Positions 30,644 to 39,590 of a stretch of DNA of 50,253 nt are shown here, one piece after another; the stretch's first letter is position 1, and every line of letters starts with the position of its first letter. Below the pieces are notes generated by a model, which did no database searches, had not been told where the DNA came from, and saw only the letters and a list, made by a program, of their open reading frames with translations. Origin of the DNA: Gemmatimonadota bacterium. GTDB lineage: Bacteria; Latescibacterota; UBA2968; UBA8231. The translations under genes and the position numbers were made by a program. Where the stretch lies: positions 1-50,253 of the forward strand of contig JAYPJE010000030.1 of the NCBI GenBank assembly GCA_038128265.1, read 5' to 3'.

Positions 30644-32023
30644 CTAGTCGTCGCGCAGGCTGAGTGCTACGAGGATGCCGAGGGCGGGAAAGAGGGCGAT
30701 GACAGAAAACACCTGCTGGTATGCGCTCAATAGGTCGAGCGCGGCGTCGATATGCTCTTGCAGTAGCACACCGCTGAGCGCTGTGCCAATGGCCGAGCCG
30801 AGAAAACGACACATGCTATAGAGCCCGGCGGCCGTGCCCGTCTCGGCCTGTTCTACGCCGCCCATGACGACCTTGTGCAGCGTGGCCAGCATAAAGCCGG
30901 CCGACAGGCCGTGTGCGCTGAGCGCGGCACCGATATGCCAGAGGGTGGCGCTAGCCGGCAGCTGCGAAAATGCGAGCAGCACGCTCGTTTGGCCCAGCAG
31001 GCCCATGACGACCAGCCAGCGGCTGCTCCAGCGGTCGGCTAAGCCGCCGGCGATGCGCACGACGACGGCCATGGAGCCAGCACCGATCATTAGCATGCCG
31101 CCCAGCTCGGCGGGGCGAATGCCCTTGATATCGACCAAGTAGAGGGGTATCAGAAAGCCGATACCACCCATCGAAACCATGCGCATGGACGCGCAGAACG
31201 TGCTGCGCAGAAACGTGCTGTTGGCAAAGAGGCTAGGAGCGACAAAGGGATCGCTTCGCCTCTTTTCCCACCACAGGAAAAGGGCCAAAAAGACGAGGGC
31301 AGCAGCGATCAAGCGCACGTCGTGCAGCGGGGCGATGCCGGTGAGGGCGCGACTCGACAAGTACAGCACTAAACTGCTGGCGGCGGCGGCCAGCAGCACC
31401 ATGCCTCCCCAGTCAAAGGTGCGCAAGAAGGCGAGGGTATCGATATGTTCGCCGTGCACGCGCGCTGGAATAAGTCGATACACGACCGCAAAGGCGATGA
31501 GACCGCAGACGAGCGGAGGAGCGAAGGCAGCGTGCCATCCCCAGATCCCGACGAGAAAACCGGCAATCAGCGGTCCGAAAAAACCCGTTGTTGGGCCGAC
31601 CGTGCTCCAGGTGCCCATCGTGCGGCCGCGCGTCTGCGGCGGGAAGAGCGAGGCGATGAGGCCAATGCTCAACGGCATCATGCCGGCCAATCCAACGCCT
31701 TGAATAGCGCGTCCGACCAACAGGTGAGGTATCGTTGTGGACGTTAGCACCAGCCCCGTGCCCAGCGCAAAGGAGGCGATGCCAAAGAGGAGCAGGCGAC
31801 GCGCGCCCAGCCCATCGCCTAAACGCCCGTATACGGGCATGAACAGCATAAAGGGCAGGGTGAAGCCCACGTCGATCCACGCGGCAATGTCGGCGGTGAG
31901 CGAAAACGTGTCGCGCACGATGGGCAGGGACACGCGCGACATAGTAGAAAGCATGGGCATGAGCATGGCCGGCAGCATTAGCCCGAAGAGAATGCGGCGG
32001 TCGCCGCCCTGCGGCTCACTCAT
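30644..32023 (-). CDS. MFS transporter (DHA2-like, about 14 TM)
   Basis: GRLGDGLGARR motif A, GRAIQGVG, FGPLIAG, GGLADRWSSR. Confidence 0.9.
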   Translation of the reverse strand: MSEPQGGDRRILFGLMLPAMLMPMLSTMSRVSLPIVRDTFSLTADIAAWIDVGFTLPFMLFMPVYGRLGDGLGARRLLLFGIASFALGTGLVLTSTTIPHLLVGRAIQGVGLAGMMPLSIGLIASLFPPQTRGRTMGTWSTVGPTTGFFGPLIAGFLVGIWGWHAAFAPPLVCGLIAFAVVYRLIPARVHGEHIDTLAFLRTFDWGGMVLLAAAASSLVLYLSSRALTGIAPLHDVRLIAAALVFLALFLWWEKRRSDPFVAPSLFANSTFLRSTFCASMRMVSMGGIGFLIPLYLVDIKGIRPAELGGMLMIGAGSMAVVVRIAGGLADRWSSRWLVVMGLLGQTSVLLAFSQLPASATLWHIGAALSAHGLSAGFMLATLHKVVMGGVEQAETGTAAGLYSMCRFLGSAIGTALSGVLLQEHIDAALDLLSAYQQVFSVIALFPALGILVALSLRDD

Positions 32024-32113
32024 TTGCGGTGCGAGAAAGGACGTGTGCGCAGGGCCAACGCGGTTGCGTTCGCTCTGCGGATTGTAGACGGTCGCTATAG
32101 GACAACGGGATGC

Positions 32114-33358
32114 CTACGATTTTCTTGTGCCGCGCGGATGGCGCTGCGTAGAGGCGCGTGCGGCAACCCGGCAGCGCACGATGGCCTGCACCGAGTCGAG
32201 CCCATAGCGCACGGCTTCGCAAAGGAGGCGCGCGGCCGTAACGCCGATTTGCGTGAAGGGCTGGCCGACGCTGGTTATGCCCAGCAGGCTGGCGTAGGAG
32301 TGGTCGTCAAAGCCGATTAGACCCAAGTCGCGGCCGGGCTTGATGCCGAGGCCTTGGAGCACGCCGTGAATGGGCACGGCCGATGGGTCGTTGGGCATGA
32401 GAACGGCCCATTCGCCCGGGCTGAGAGAGTCGAAGTTGATCGTGCGGTCGAGAATTTCTGCGTGAATTTGGGCGCGTTCGGGTTTGATGGGATTCCAAAA
32501 GTCGCCGTAGGCAGATCGCAGCAGATCGATGTCCTCTTCGGAGGGCAGAATGAGCGCGGAGCCCGCTACCTGCTGTGCGCCCAGCAGGCGCTGGTGCTCC
32601 CAGGACATGTCGAATAGCGGCATGGCGACGATGCGCCGGTAGCCCGCTTCGAGCAGGTGGTGGGCAGCGGCCCGTCCGGCTTGGCACTCGTCGATGCAAA
32701 TGCGCGGTGCCGATCCCTGCATGCTGGAGCCGGAAACGACGACGTAGGGCAAGTTGACCTGCTCCATGAGGGGCGGTATGCGGTTGCCGTAGTCGTGGCC
32801 AGCGCGTATGTCGACAAAGACTAGGCACTGTGCGCCGCTGCCGATTGCGCGCTCTACGCACGCCAAGATGGGCCCGTCTTCGGTCTCCGGTTGGCCGTGC
32901 AGGTTAAAGATTTCGGCACTGCCGCCGAGCTGCGTTATTTCTCGATTAAAGCCGCGCAGGGTGCGCGACGACCACGAATCGAGATTTTCCCAGTTTTCTT
33001 GGTCGCCCATATCGATGTGGAATGAACCGATGATGCCAACGATTGGTGCATCAAAAATCGGCGTGCCATCTACCCCAGCCCCGTCGGCAATGCGCGCGTC
33101 GACTTCGGAGTCGGTATCGAGCACGGCCTGAGCCGATTCGGATACGAAGGTGCCGCGGCGGTGGCTGGCCACGAGCAGCCCTTCTTCGAGCAGGGGTTGG
33201 ATAGCCTTTTGGATGGTCATCAGGGCGACGCCGTACTCGTGCGCTAGATCGGCTCGACTCGGCAGCATAGAGCCCGGACCCCAATCTTCGGATTGGATGC
33301 GGGTGCGAAGATCGTCTGCTATTTGCAGGTATACAGGTTGGGCAACGCGTTTTTTCAT
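32114..33358 (-). CDS. GntR wHTH plus LacI-type ligand-binding transcriptional regulator
   Basis: YLQIADDL...LPSRADLAHEYGV...GTFV; C-terminal ND, LIGFDD, ITSVGQP. Confidence 0.88.
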   Translation of the reverse strand: MKKRVAQPVYLQIADDLRTRIQSEDWGPGSMLPSRADLAHEYGVALMTIQKAIQPLLEEGLLVASHRRGTFVSESAQAVLDTDSEVDARIADGAGVDGTPIFDAPIVGIIGSFHIDMGDQENWENLDSWSSRTLRGFNREITQLGGSAEIFNLHGQPETEDGPILACVERAIGSGAQCLVFVDIRAGHDYGNRIPPLMEQVNLPYVVVSGSSMQGSAPRICIDECQAGRAAAHHLLEAGYRRIVAMPLFDMSWEHQRLLGAQQVAGSALILPSEEDIDLLRSAYGDFWNPIKPERAQIHAEILDRTINFDSLSPGEWAVLMPNDPSAVPIHGVLQGLGIKPGRDLGLIGFDDHSYASLLGITSVGQPFTQIGVTAARLLCEAVRYGLDSVQAIVRCRVAARASTQRHPRGTRKS

Positions 33359-33520
33359 CGCAGGGGACTTTCTTGTTGACAGGTATCACCTTATCCCATT
33401 TAGTAGAATAAGAGACGCCTAAATATAGGCATAATAGGCCTTTTGTAGTATAGTTATTCTACTTTAGAGTATTATTTGTGCTGTTTATCTCAACCATGGC
33501 CGGTAGAGGGAAGATATACA
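33359..33520. promoter_or_regulatory. AT-rich divergent promoter region with inverted repeats
   Basis: Markedly AT-rich; TTGACA at 33376; inverted repeat AGTAGAATAA (33402-33411) / TTATTCTACT (33454-33463); palindrome GCCTA-AATA-TAGGC (33417-33430). Confidence 0.6.
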
Positions 33521-34075
33521 ATGTCGCCGCATGACTCCGTTTTAGTCGATAGAGCGCGCTTTGGCGATGCCGAGGCGTTTGGCGAACTGGCCGAGCGCTA
33601 TAAACCGCTCGTATACCGCGAGATACGCCGCTGTTTGCAGCATAGCGATGACGTGGACGATTTGGTGCAAGATGTGTTTTGCAAGGCCTTCCAGCAAATT
33701 GGCGGTCTGCGTCAAGTGCAGCTCTTTCCCGCCTGGCTGCGGCGCGCTGCGGCCAATGCAGCCGTCTCCTGGGGGCGGACGCACCAGCGCCACCAGCGCC
33801 TGCAGGACAAGGTGATTGCCAGCCAGTACCGCTTTCAGGAAAACCCGGAAATGTCCTACGAGCGCCATCAGCGCGCCGAGATGCTGCAGCGGTGTTTAGA
33901 AGAGCTGCCGGACAATGAGCGCCGCGCACTCCAGCTGTACTATGGCGAGGAGTGCAATTACGACCAGATCGGTGCTTGCATGGGGGTCAGTGCCGCTTCC
34001 GTAAAGATCTATCTTCGCAAAGGACGTCAGCGCCTGCTAGCGCGCTGGCGCCACAAGAGGCTCCTGCCCGCCTGA
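33521..34075 (+). CDS. ECF RNA polymerase sigma-70 factor
   Basis: Region 2 GDAEAFGEL...DLVQDVF...FPAWL; region 4 LEELP...YDQIGACMG...SVK..L.KGRQRL. Confidence 0.9.
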   Translation: MSPHDSVLVDRARFGDAEAFGELAERYKPLVYREIRRCLQHSDDVDDLVQDVFCKAFQQIGGLRQVQLFPAWLRRAAANAAVSWGRTHQRHQRLQDKVIASQYRFQENPEMSYERHQRAEMLQRCLEELPDNERRALQLYYGEECNYDQIGACMGVSAASVKIYLRKGRQRLLARWRHKRLLPA

Positions 34076-34112
34076 AGGGCACTTCGTGCGTACATGCGCA
34101 ACGCACGTGGCC

Positions 34113-34168
34113 GCCGCCGTCGGATCGCTTCATCGCAACCCTCCAAGCGATGCCGACGGCGGTTTTTT
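34113..34168 (+). terminator. Intrinsic terminator after the ECF sigma gene
   Basis: GCCGCCGTCGGATCGCTT / AAGCGATGCCGACGGCGGT stem with a single bulge, followed by a T run. Confidence 0.75.
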
Positions 34169-35036
34169 ATTTTCTTACCAGCGCTGCATGCGCGTAGTGC
34201 CAATCCTCCAGGTGGTTGAGCAGCACGCCCGAAGTCCACGTTTGCTCGCGTCCCAGCGTAGAGTGGATGTCGAGCAACTTAGCCGGAATGTGTTCGCGCG
34301 TTAGCAGCCGCTCGTTGAACTCTGCAATGGCTGCCGTGTCTGGGTTAGTGCGCTGTCGCACCCACCCTTCAAATTGCAAGTAGGTCGGTAGGTTGTCGCG
34401 GAGAAAGGTCAGGGCGTCGTCCTGGTCTACGCCGAGGGCGTGCAGGCAGCGCTGGTCGAGGCTGCCGTCGGCGCAGTCCGGATAGTCGGGATGCAGCAGG
34501 CCTTTGGCGCGCAGACAGGTTTTCAGCCAGGTGCGCGGGAGCTGGCAAATGCCCAGTGGCCCGCGGTCGATGCTGCTCAGCATCGGCGGCATCGCGGCGC
34601 CGAGGTCGCCGTGCAAATCGCAGCGGTGAAACAGCTGCCAGTCCTGCAGGCAGTTGAGCAGGGCCGCCGACGATTCCGTCTCCGCGTCCTTGTCCCAGCC
34701 GATGTCGGTATATACCTCATCTATTTTGGCGATCAGGTGCGTGCGCGCACGCAGGGCATTATTCCAGCGCTCTAGGTGCACCGGATGTGCCTGTCCGTTG
34801 TCGCTGACCCATGCTTCAAACTGCAGATAATCGGGCTTTTCCCCGTGCAGAAAGGCCAGCGTTGCATCGCGGTCGAGCTGCAGCAGCTGTATGACGTTGA
34901 GATCGAGACCGCCGGTGCAGTGCGGGTAGCTCGCATCGAGCTGTCCGCAGGCGTGGAGCAGGTTTTTCCACCACAGGCGCGGCAGGTGGGCCGCACCCAG
35001 CGGTCCGGTGCACAGGGAACTTAGCAAGGGTATCAT
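34167..35036 (-). CDS. Hypothetical protein with two tandem DUF5069-like domains
   Basis: Internal duplication: P.LSS...GPLG...LPR.W.K...Y P.C...LD...YLQFE.WV...LLN.L.DW...H occurs twice. Confidence 0.7.
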   Translation of the reverse strand: MIPLLSSLCTGPLGAAHLPRLWWKNLLHACGQLDASYPHCTGGLDLNVIQLLQLDRDATLAFLHGEKPDYLQFEAWVSDNGQAHPVHLERWNNALRARTHLIAKIDEVYTDIGWDKDAETESSAALLNCLQDWQLFHRCDLHGDLGAAMPPMLSSIDRGPLGICQLPRTWLKTCLRAKGLLHPDYPDCADGSLDQRCLHALGVDQDDALTFLRDNLPTYLQFEGWVRQRTNPDTAAIAEFNERLLTREHIPAKLLDIHSTLGREQTWTSGVLLNHLEDWHYAHAALVRK

Positions 35037-35217
35037 GGGGCACGGCCTTTCTATAGGGCAATAGGGAATACAACATAGGTTGGATGGGGCGTTACATACA
35101 GCAGGTATGGGAACCTAAGGACGGATCGGATAGGACTATGTTGACAGCAACGGCGCAGATGGAGGAAAGAGGGGTGAGCGATGAAAGAGTAGAGCAGTAG
35201 GGCAACGATAAACTGTA

Positions 35218-35574
35218 TTAGCTGGGGAAGCGAACCTCACGCAGGGCTGTGCGGAACTGGTCCAACAGCTCTTTGACCCTGTCCGTCTTCAGCTCAATGT
35301 CGTCAAAAACCTCTTCTCGCCCCATCTCCTCTATCTCAAAGGCCGCTTGCGCCAGCACTTCTCCACCGAGATTGGACACCATGCCCTTGAGTGTATGCGC
35401 ACTGCGTCGCAGGTTTTCGGCATTGCGACTGGCAATGGCATCGTCCATATCGCTGAGCAGCTGCGGGTAGGAGCCCTCAAAGAGCTCTATCACCTGATCC
35501 AACAGATCGTTATCCCCTGCGAGCCGTTCGCTCAGTTCGCCGATGTTGACCGGGGAATCATTGTGTTCGCTCAT
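35218..35574 (-). CDS. Stand-alone Hpt (histidine phosphotransfer) domain protein
   Basis: RLAGD..LL..VIELF, AHTLKG...NLG motif. Confidence 0.88.
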   Translation of the reverse strand: MSEHNDSPVNIGELSERLAGDNDLLDQVIELFEGSYPQLLSDMDDAIASRNAENLRRSAHTLKGMVSNLGGEVLAQAAFEIEEMGREEVFDDIELKTDRVKELLDQFRTALREVRFPS

Positions 35575-35781
35575 GTGCCACGTCTTTCTATTTGTCGAGC
35601 GCGGGCCAGCGTGTGGTACAGGCAGTATGCATATGCGAAATAGTATGACGCGTAAAATACAGTCGAGGGGAGGAGGAGTCAACATATCGGGCGCGCTACG
35701 AACGCAGTGCTCTTTTCAACGCACGGGTCATTTGATATGTTGATGTCAAATTTCAACGGCGCAGGAGCGTCACACATACTT

Positions 35782-36114
35782 ATGGCACATGCATCGGCCG
35801 ATACGGCAACGGAAGAAGAGATCGATAGCGAAGCGCTGTCCAAGCTCATACCCCGTTTTCACGTCGTGTTGCTCGACGATAACGATCACACCTACGAGTA
35901 CGTGGTGGAAATGCTCTGCAAGCTCTTTTGCCATCCGCGCACAACGGCTTGGCGCATGGCGCGCGAGGTCGATAGTCAGGGGCGCTCCATTGTCTGTACG
36001 ACCAACAGAGAGCAAGCCGAGTTTAAGCGCGGACAGATTCACAGCTACGGGGCGGATTGGCGCCTGCCCAGAAGCAAGGGGTCTATGTCGGCCACTGTCG
36101 AACCGGCCGAGTGA
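35782..36114 (+). CDS. clpS: ATP-dependent Clp protease adaptor ClpS (atypical pocket)
   Basis: FHVVLLDDNDHTYEYVVEML..LF...A...EVDSQGRSIV...EQAE; C-terminal ATVEPAE. Confidence 0.85.
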   Translation: MAHASADTATEEEIDSEALSKLIPRFHVVLLDDNDHTYEYVVEMLCKLFCHPRTTAWRMAREVDSQGRSIVCTTNREQAEFKRGQIHSYGADWRLPRSKGSMSATVEPAE

Positions 36115-36219
36115 ACGCCGCGACAGGTGGAAACCCGTCGACGGTGTTTGTCGGGGTCTGAGGGCGTAACATCACTGCTCCACACATCGTGTTATCACCC
36201 AATTATAGGAGATTCACAT

Positions 36220-37356
36220 ATGCTGACAAAGGAAGGATGTCGCGCGCGCCAAGATCGGCTGCGGCGGCGCTTGAGCGAGGCCAAGATCGATGCGATCGCC
36301 ATCGTCCATCCGCTGGAAGTCTACTACTTTACGGGCGTGCTCTTTCCCGAGCAATTTCCCGGGCAGCCGGTGCTGCTGTGGATCGAGGCAGCCGGATCGA
36401 GCTGGATGATCGCACACAGCGATGCGGGCGAGCCACTGGTTGACGCCTGCTACACCTATGTATGCAGCGTTGGCGGCACGATCAATCCCTATATGCGCAC
36501 GCAGATGGGCGAACTGGTAGCCGAGCGCCTGCAGGCACTCGGCAGCAAGGCATCTCGCGTTGGCTATCAGCGCGAGTTTATGCCCAAGATACTGGCTGAC
36601 CACATCGAAAAGGGACTGGGAACCGCGCCCGAATGGATCGATATGGACGAGGGGCTGCACCAGATGCAAGAGGTCAAAGACGACGACGAAATCGCCCTGA
36701 TCCGCAAGGCGATCGAAGTCGACTTAGCGGCCTATACCGCCGCGCAAAAGGCCATTGCGCCGGGCGTAAACGAGCTGGAGGTCCTCGGCGCGGCCCAGCA
36801 GGCGGCGCACTTGGCCGCCGGAGAGAAGGTCTTTCACGACGGCGACTACCAGTGCGGTCAGCTGGGGGGCTTTGCCCGCGATCGCCCCATCGAGGAGGGC
36901 GAGCTCTACATCATCGACGCATGGGCAATTTACCGCGGCTATTGGTCCGATCTGTGCCGCACCTTTGCCGTCGGCGAGCCTACCGAACTACAGGAGTCCA
37001 TCTACGAGCACCTGCGCGCCTTCCACGACCAGATTGGCGACCATTTACAGCCGGGCAAGGACAGCCGCGACTGCGCCAAGGCGATGGATGCCTACATTCG
37101 CGAGCATCCGGCGCTCAAGGACGCCGGGCTCGGGCACCACGGCGGGCACACCATTGGGCTGCGTGCGCACCAGATGCCCGATGTGAACGCCACCCGGGGC
37201 GGCATTTTTCAGGTGGGCAACGTCGTATCGATCGAGCCGGGCTCTTATATACCCGAGGCGCGCGCCGGCGTGCGTCTGGAGAATATGTATCTGATCACCG
37301 AGGCGGGTCCGGAGAATCTATCCGTATATCCAATGGAGATTCGTCTGCAGAAATGA
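36220..37356 (+). CDS. M24 family (Xaa-Pro) aminopeptidase
   Basis: Creatinase-like N domain; IID...GYWSDLCRT, GHTIGL, IEPG, RLEN; AGGAG RBS. Confidence 0.88.
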   Translation: MLTKEGCRARQDRLRRRLSEAKIDAIAIVHPLEVYYFTGVLFPEQFPGQPVLLWIEAAGSSWMIAHSDAGEPLVDACYTYVCSVGGTINPYMRTQMGELVAERLQALGSKASRVGYQREFMPKILADHIEKGLGTAPEWIDMDEGLHQMQEVKDDDEIALIRKAIEVDLAAYTAAQKAIAPGVNELEVLGAAQQAAHLAAGEKVFHDGDYQCGQLGGFARDRPIEEGELYIIDAWAIYRGYWSDLCRTFAVGEPTELQESIYEHLRAFHDQIGDHLQPGKDSRDCAKAMDAYIREHPALKDAGLGHHGGHTIGLRAHQMPDVNATRGGIFQVGNVVSIEPGSYIPEARAGVRLENMYLITEAGPENLSVYPMEIRLQK

Positions 37357-38159
37357 ACGGAGCAGACGACGCGGATATCCTGCACTTTGCCACCGAGCTG
37401 GCGCGCCGCGCCGGCGACGGCATTGTCCAAGCGCGCCAGTCGCGCTCGCTGGCACTGAGCTACAAAGAGGGCGCCGAGCTGCTGACCTCGGCCGATTTGA
37501 GCGCCGATGCGCTGATTCGTTCGCGCATTGAGTCGGCGTTTCCCGCGCATGCCATTCTGTCGGAGGAATCGTCGCCAGAGCTGTCCGATGCCGATGCCCT
37601 GCGCGGCCCGCTGTGGATCATCGATCCGATCGACGGCACGGTCAACTACGCCTATAACCAGCACCAGGTCGCCATTTCCATTGCCTTTGCCGATGGGGGG
37701 CAGGTGCGCGCTGGCGTGGTGCACTGTCCGTTCCAAGGCGAGACCTTCAGTGCGGTGCGCGGCGGGGGCGCGCAGCTCAACGGATTGCCAATCAGCGCTA
37801 GCGACTGTGGCGAGCTGGCGCGCGCGCTGATTGGCACGGGGTTTCCCTATGATCGCGACGGGCGGGTGGCCCTGCTCGAGCGCCTGCGTAAGGTGCTCTA
37901 TGCATGCCGCGATATCCGCCGCATCGGCTCGGCTGCTGCCGATATTTGCTGGGTGGCGATGGGGCGCTTGGACGGCTATTACGAGACGATTAATCCGTGG
38001 GATTTTGCCGCGGCGGCGCTGATTGCGCGCGAGGGTGGTGCGCGCGTTGGCCACGTGGGCGACGTGCCGGCTGACCAGCTGCAGGAGCTGTGGGGTCAGG
38101 AGCTCGTCGTAGCGGCGCCGGGTATTTACGACGCGCTGCGCGCGCTGCTGCGCGACTGA
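37353..38159 (+). CDS. Inositol monophosphatase family protein (SuhB-like)
   Basis: [39 protein letters not shown] overlap with the M24 gene. Confidence 0.9.
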   Translation: MNGADDADILHFATELARRAGDGIVQARQSRSLALSYKEGAELLTSADLSADALIRSRIESAFPAHAILSEESSPELSDADALRGPLWIIDPIDGTVNYAYNQHQVAISIAFADGGQVRAGVVHCPFQGETFSAVRGGGAQLNGLPISASDCGELARALIGTGFPYDRDGRVALLERLRKVLYACRDIRRIGSAAADICWVAMGRLDGYYETINPWDFAAAALIAREGGARVGHVGDVPADQLQELWGQELVVAAPGIYDALRALLRD

Positions 38160-38287
38160 CGACGGCAGCGTTCGCTGCAGTAGCGCACGTCTTCCCAAGC
38201 GCGCGCCCATTTGCGCCGCCAGCGAAAGGGGCGCTGACAGACGGGACACATCTTCTCGGGCAGGTGTTCTTTGCGCGGTTTTCTCAT
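38126..38287 (-). CDS. DUF2256 family small Cys-rich protein
   Basis: [34 protein letters not shown]. Confidence 0.85.
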   Translation of the reverse strand: MRKPRKEHLPEKMCPVCQRPFRWRRKWARAWEDVRYCSERCRRQSRSSARSAS

Positions 38288-38354
38288 ATTACAAAGGGCT
38301 TTTGCAGCGGTTTCTGCATAAGAGAGTATCCCTTCTTTACAATGGAGTGCAACC

Positions 38355-39515
38355 ATGAAAATCAGCGATATCAAAGTCTTTCCCACCTGGGTCGGTAGTC
38401 GCAACCAGCTCATTGTCAAAGTGGAGACCGACGACGGCTACTACGGCTGGGGCGAGTCGGGTCTGTCGGGGCGCGAGTTGGCCGTAGCCGAAGCAGTCAA
38501 ACACTATCGCGAATTTTTACTCGGCCGCGATCCGCGCCAGGTGGGGGCGCTGTGGCAGGAGATGTATCGCAGCCAGTACTTTGAAGGAGGACGCGTGCTC
38601 ACGGCGGCCATTTCGGCCATAGACATCGCGCTCTACGACATCATGGGCAAGGCGCTGGGCGTGCCTGTCTACCAGCTGCTGGGCGGAAAGCAGCGCGATC
38701 TCATTCCCTGCTTTGCCACGACGGGCGCCGGGTCTCTGGAGGGCTTGGTTGCCAAGTGCAAGGAGCTCATCGAGCTCGATTGGAGCGTGATTCGCGTCGG
38801 CGGTGGGGCCAGCAAACAGTACGATGATCCACGCATATACGAGCCGCGCGAAACGATTGGCATCACGGCAGCGTGGTTTAAAGAGCTGCGCGAGGAGTTG
38901 GGCCCAGACCCCGTGTTGGGCATCGACTACCACCACCGCTTGACGGTGGCCGAGACCGCGTCGTTCTGTCAGCGCATGCCCGCCGGCACGCTCGACTTTA
39001 TCGAGGAGCCGATTCGCGACGAATCGCCGGAGGCCTACGAGAGTTTGCGCACCATGGTCGATATCCCCTTTGCCATCGGCGAGGAGTTTGCCAGCAAGTG
39101 GCAGTTCCTGCCCTATCTCGAACGCGGCATTACCCAATTTGCGCGCATCGACATCTGCAACGTCGGCGGCTTTACCGAGGCGATGAAGGTCGCCAGTCTG
39201 GCCGAGTCGCACTATATCGACCTGATGCCACACAACCCGCTGGGGCCCATCTGTACGGCCGCGTCGGTGCATATGTCGGCGGCCGTGCCCAACTTCGCCT
39301 GGCTCGAGCACCGCGTGACCCCGGGCGAGCAGAGCAAGTCCCAGGACGAAGACCTGTTTCCGACGCAGGTCCAATTGGAGGGTTCGATGCTGGTGGTGCC
39401 CGATGCGCCGGGTCTGGGCGTGGAGTTCAACGAGGAGCTAGCCGGCGAGCAGGAGTTTAAGTACTGGGAGGCGCCGCATCTAAGGCGCCGCGATGGGTCC
39501 TATACGAATTGGTAG
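38355..39515 (+). CDS. Mandelate racemase family, galactonate dehydratase (DgoD)-like
   Basis: [43 protein letters not shown]. Confidence 0.9.
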   Translation: MKISDIKVFPTWVGSRNQLIVKVETDDGYYGWGESGLSGRELAVAEAVKHYREFLLGRDPRQVGALWQEMYRSQYFEGGRVLTAAISAIDIALYDIMGKALGVPVYQLLGGKQRDLIPCFATTGAGSLEGLVAKCKELIELDWSVIRVGGGASKQYDDPRIYEPRETIGITAAWFKELREELGPDPVLGIDYHHRLTVAETASFCQRMPAGTLDFIEEPIRDESPEAYESLRTMVDIPFAIGEEFASKWQFLPYLERGITQFARIDICNVGGFTEAMKVASLAESHYIDLMPHNPLGPICTAASVHMSAAVPNFAWLEHRVTPGEQSKSQDEDLFPTQVQLEGSMLVVPDAPGLGVEFNEELAGEQEFKYWEAPHLRRRDGSYTNW

Positions 39516-39590
39516 CGCACATCTCGCGTTGGCAGGCACAGAGGCTGCACAACAGGCGGGAGAGGCGCGCCGCAACGGGAGGTTGATATC

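Noticed and set aside
35072..35145. CAACATAG / CTATGTTG inverted repeat upstream of the DUF5069-like gene
   Set aside because: Only 8 bp with a long spacer and no known RNA motif; could be chance
36633..37352. Long N-terminal extension of the IMPase ORF
   Set aside because: Alternative frame of the M24 gene; the real start is the ATGA overlap at 37353
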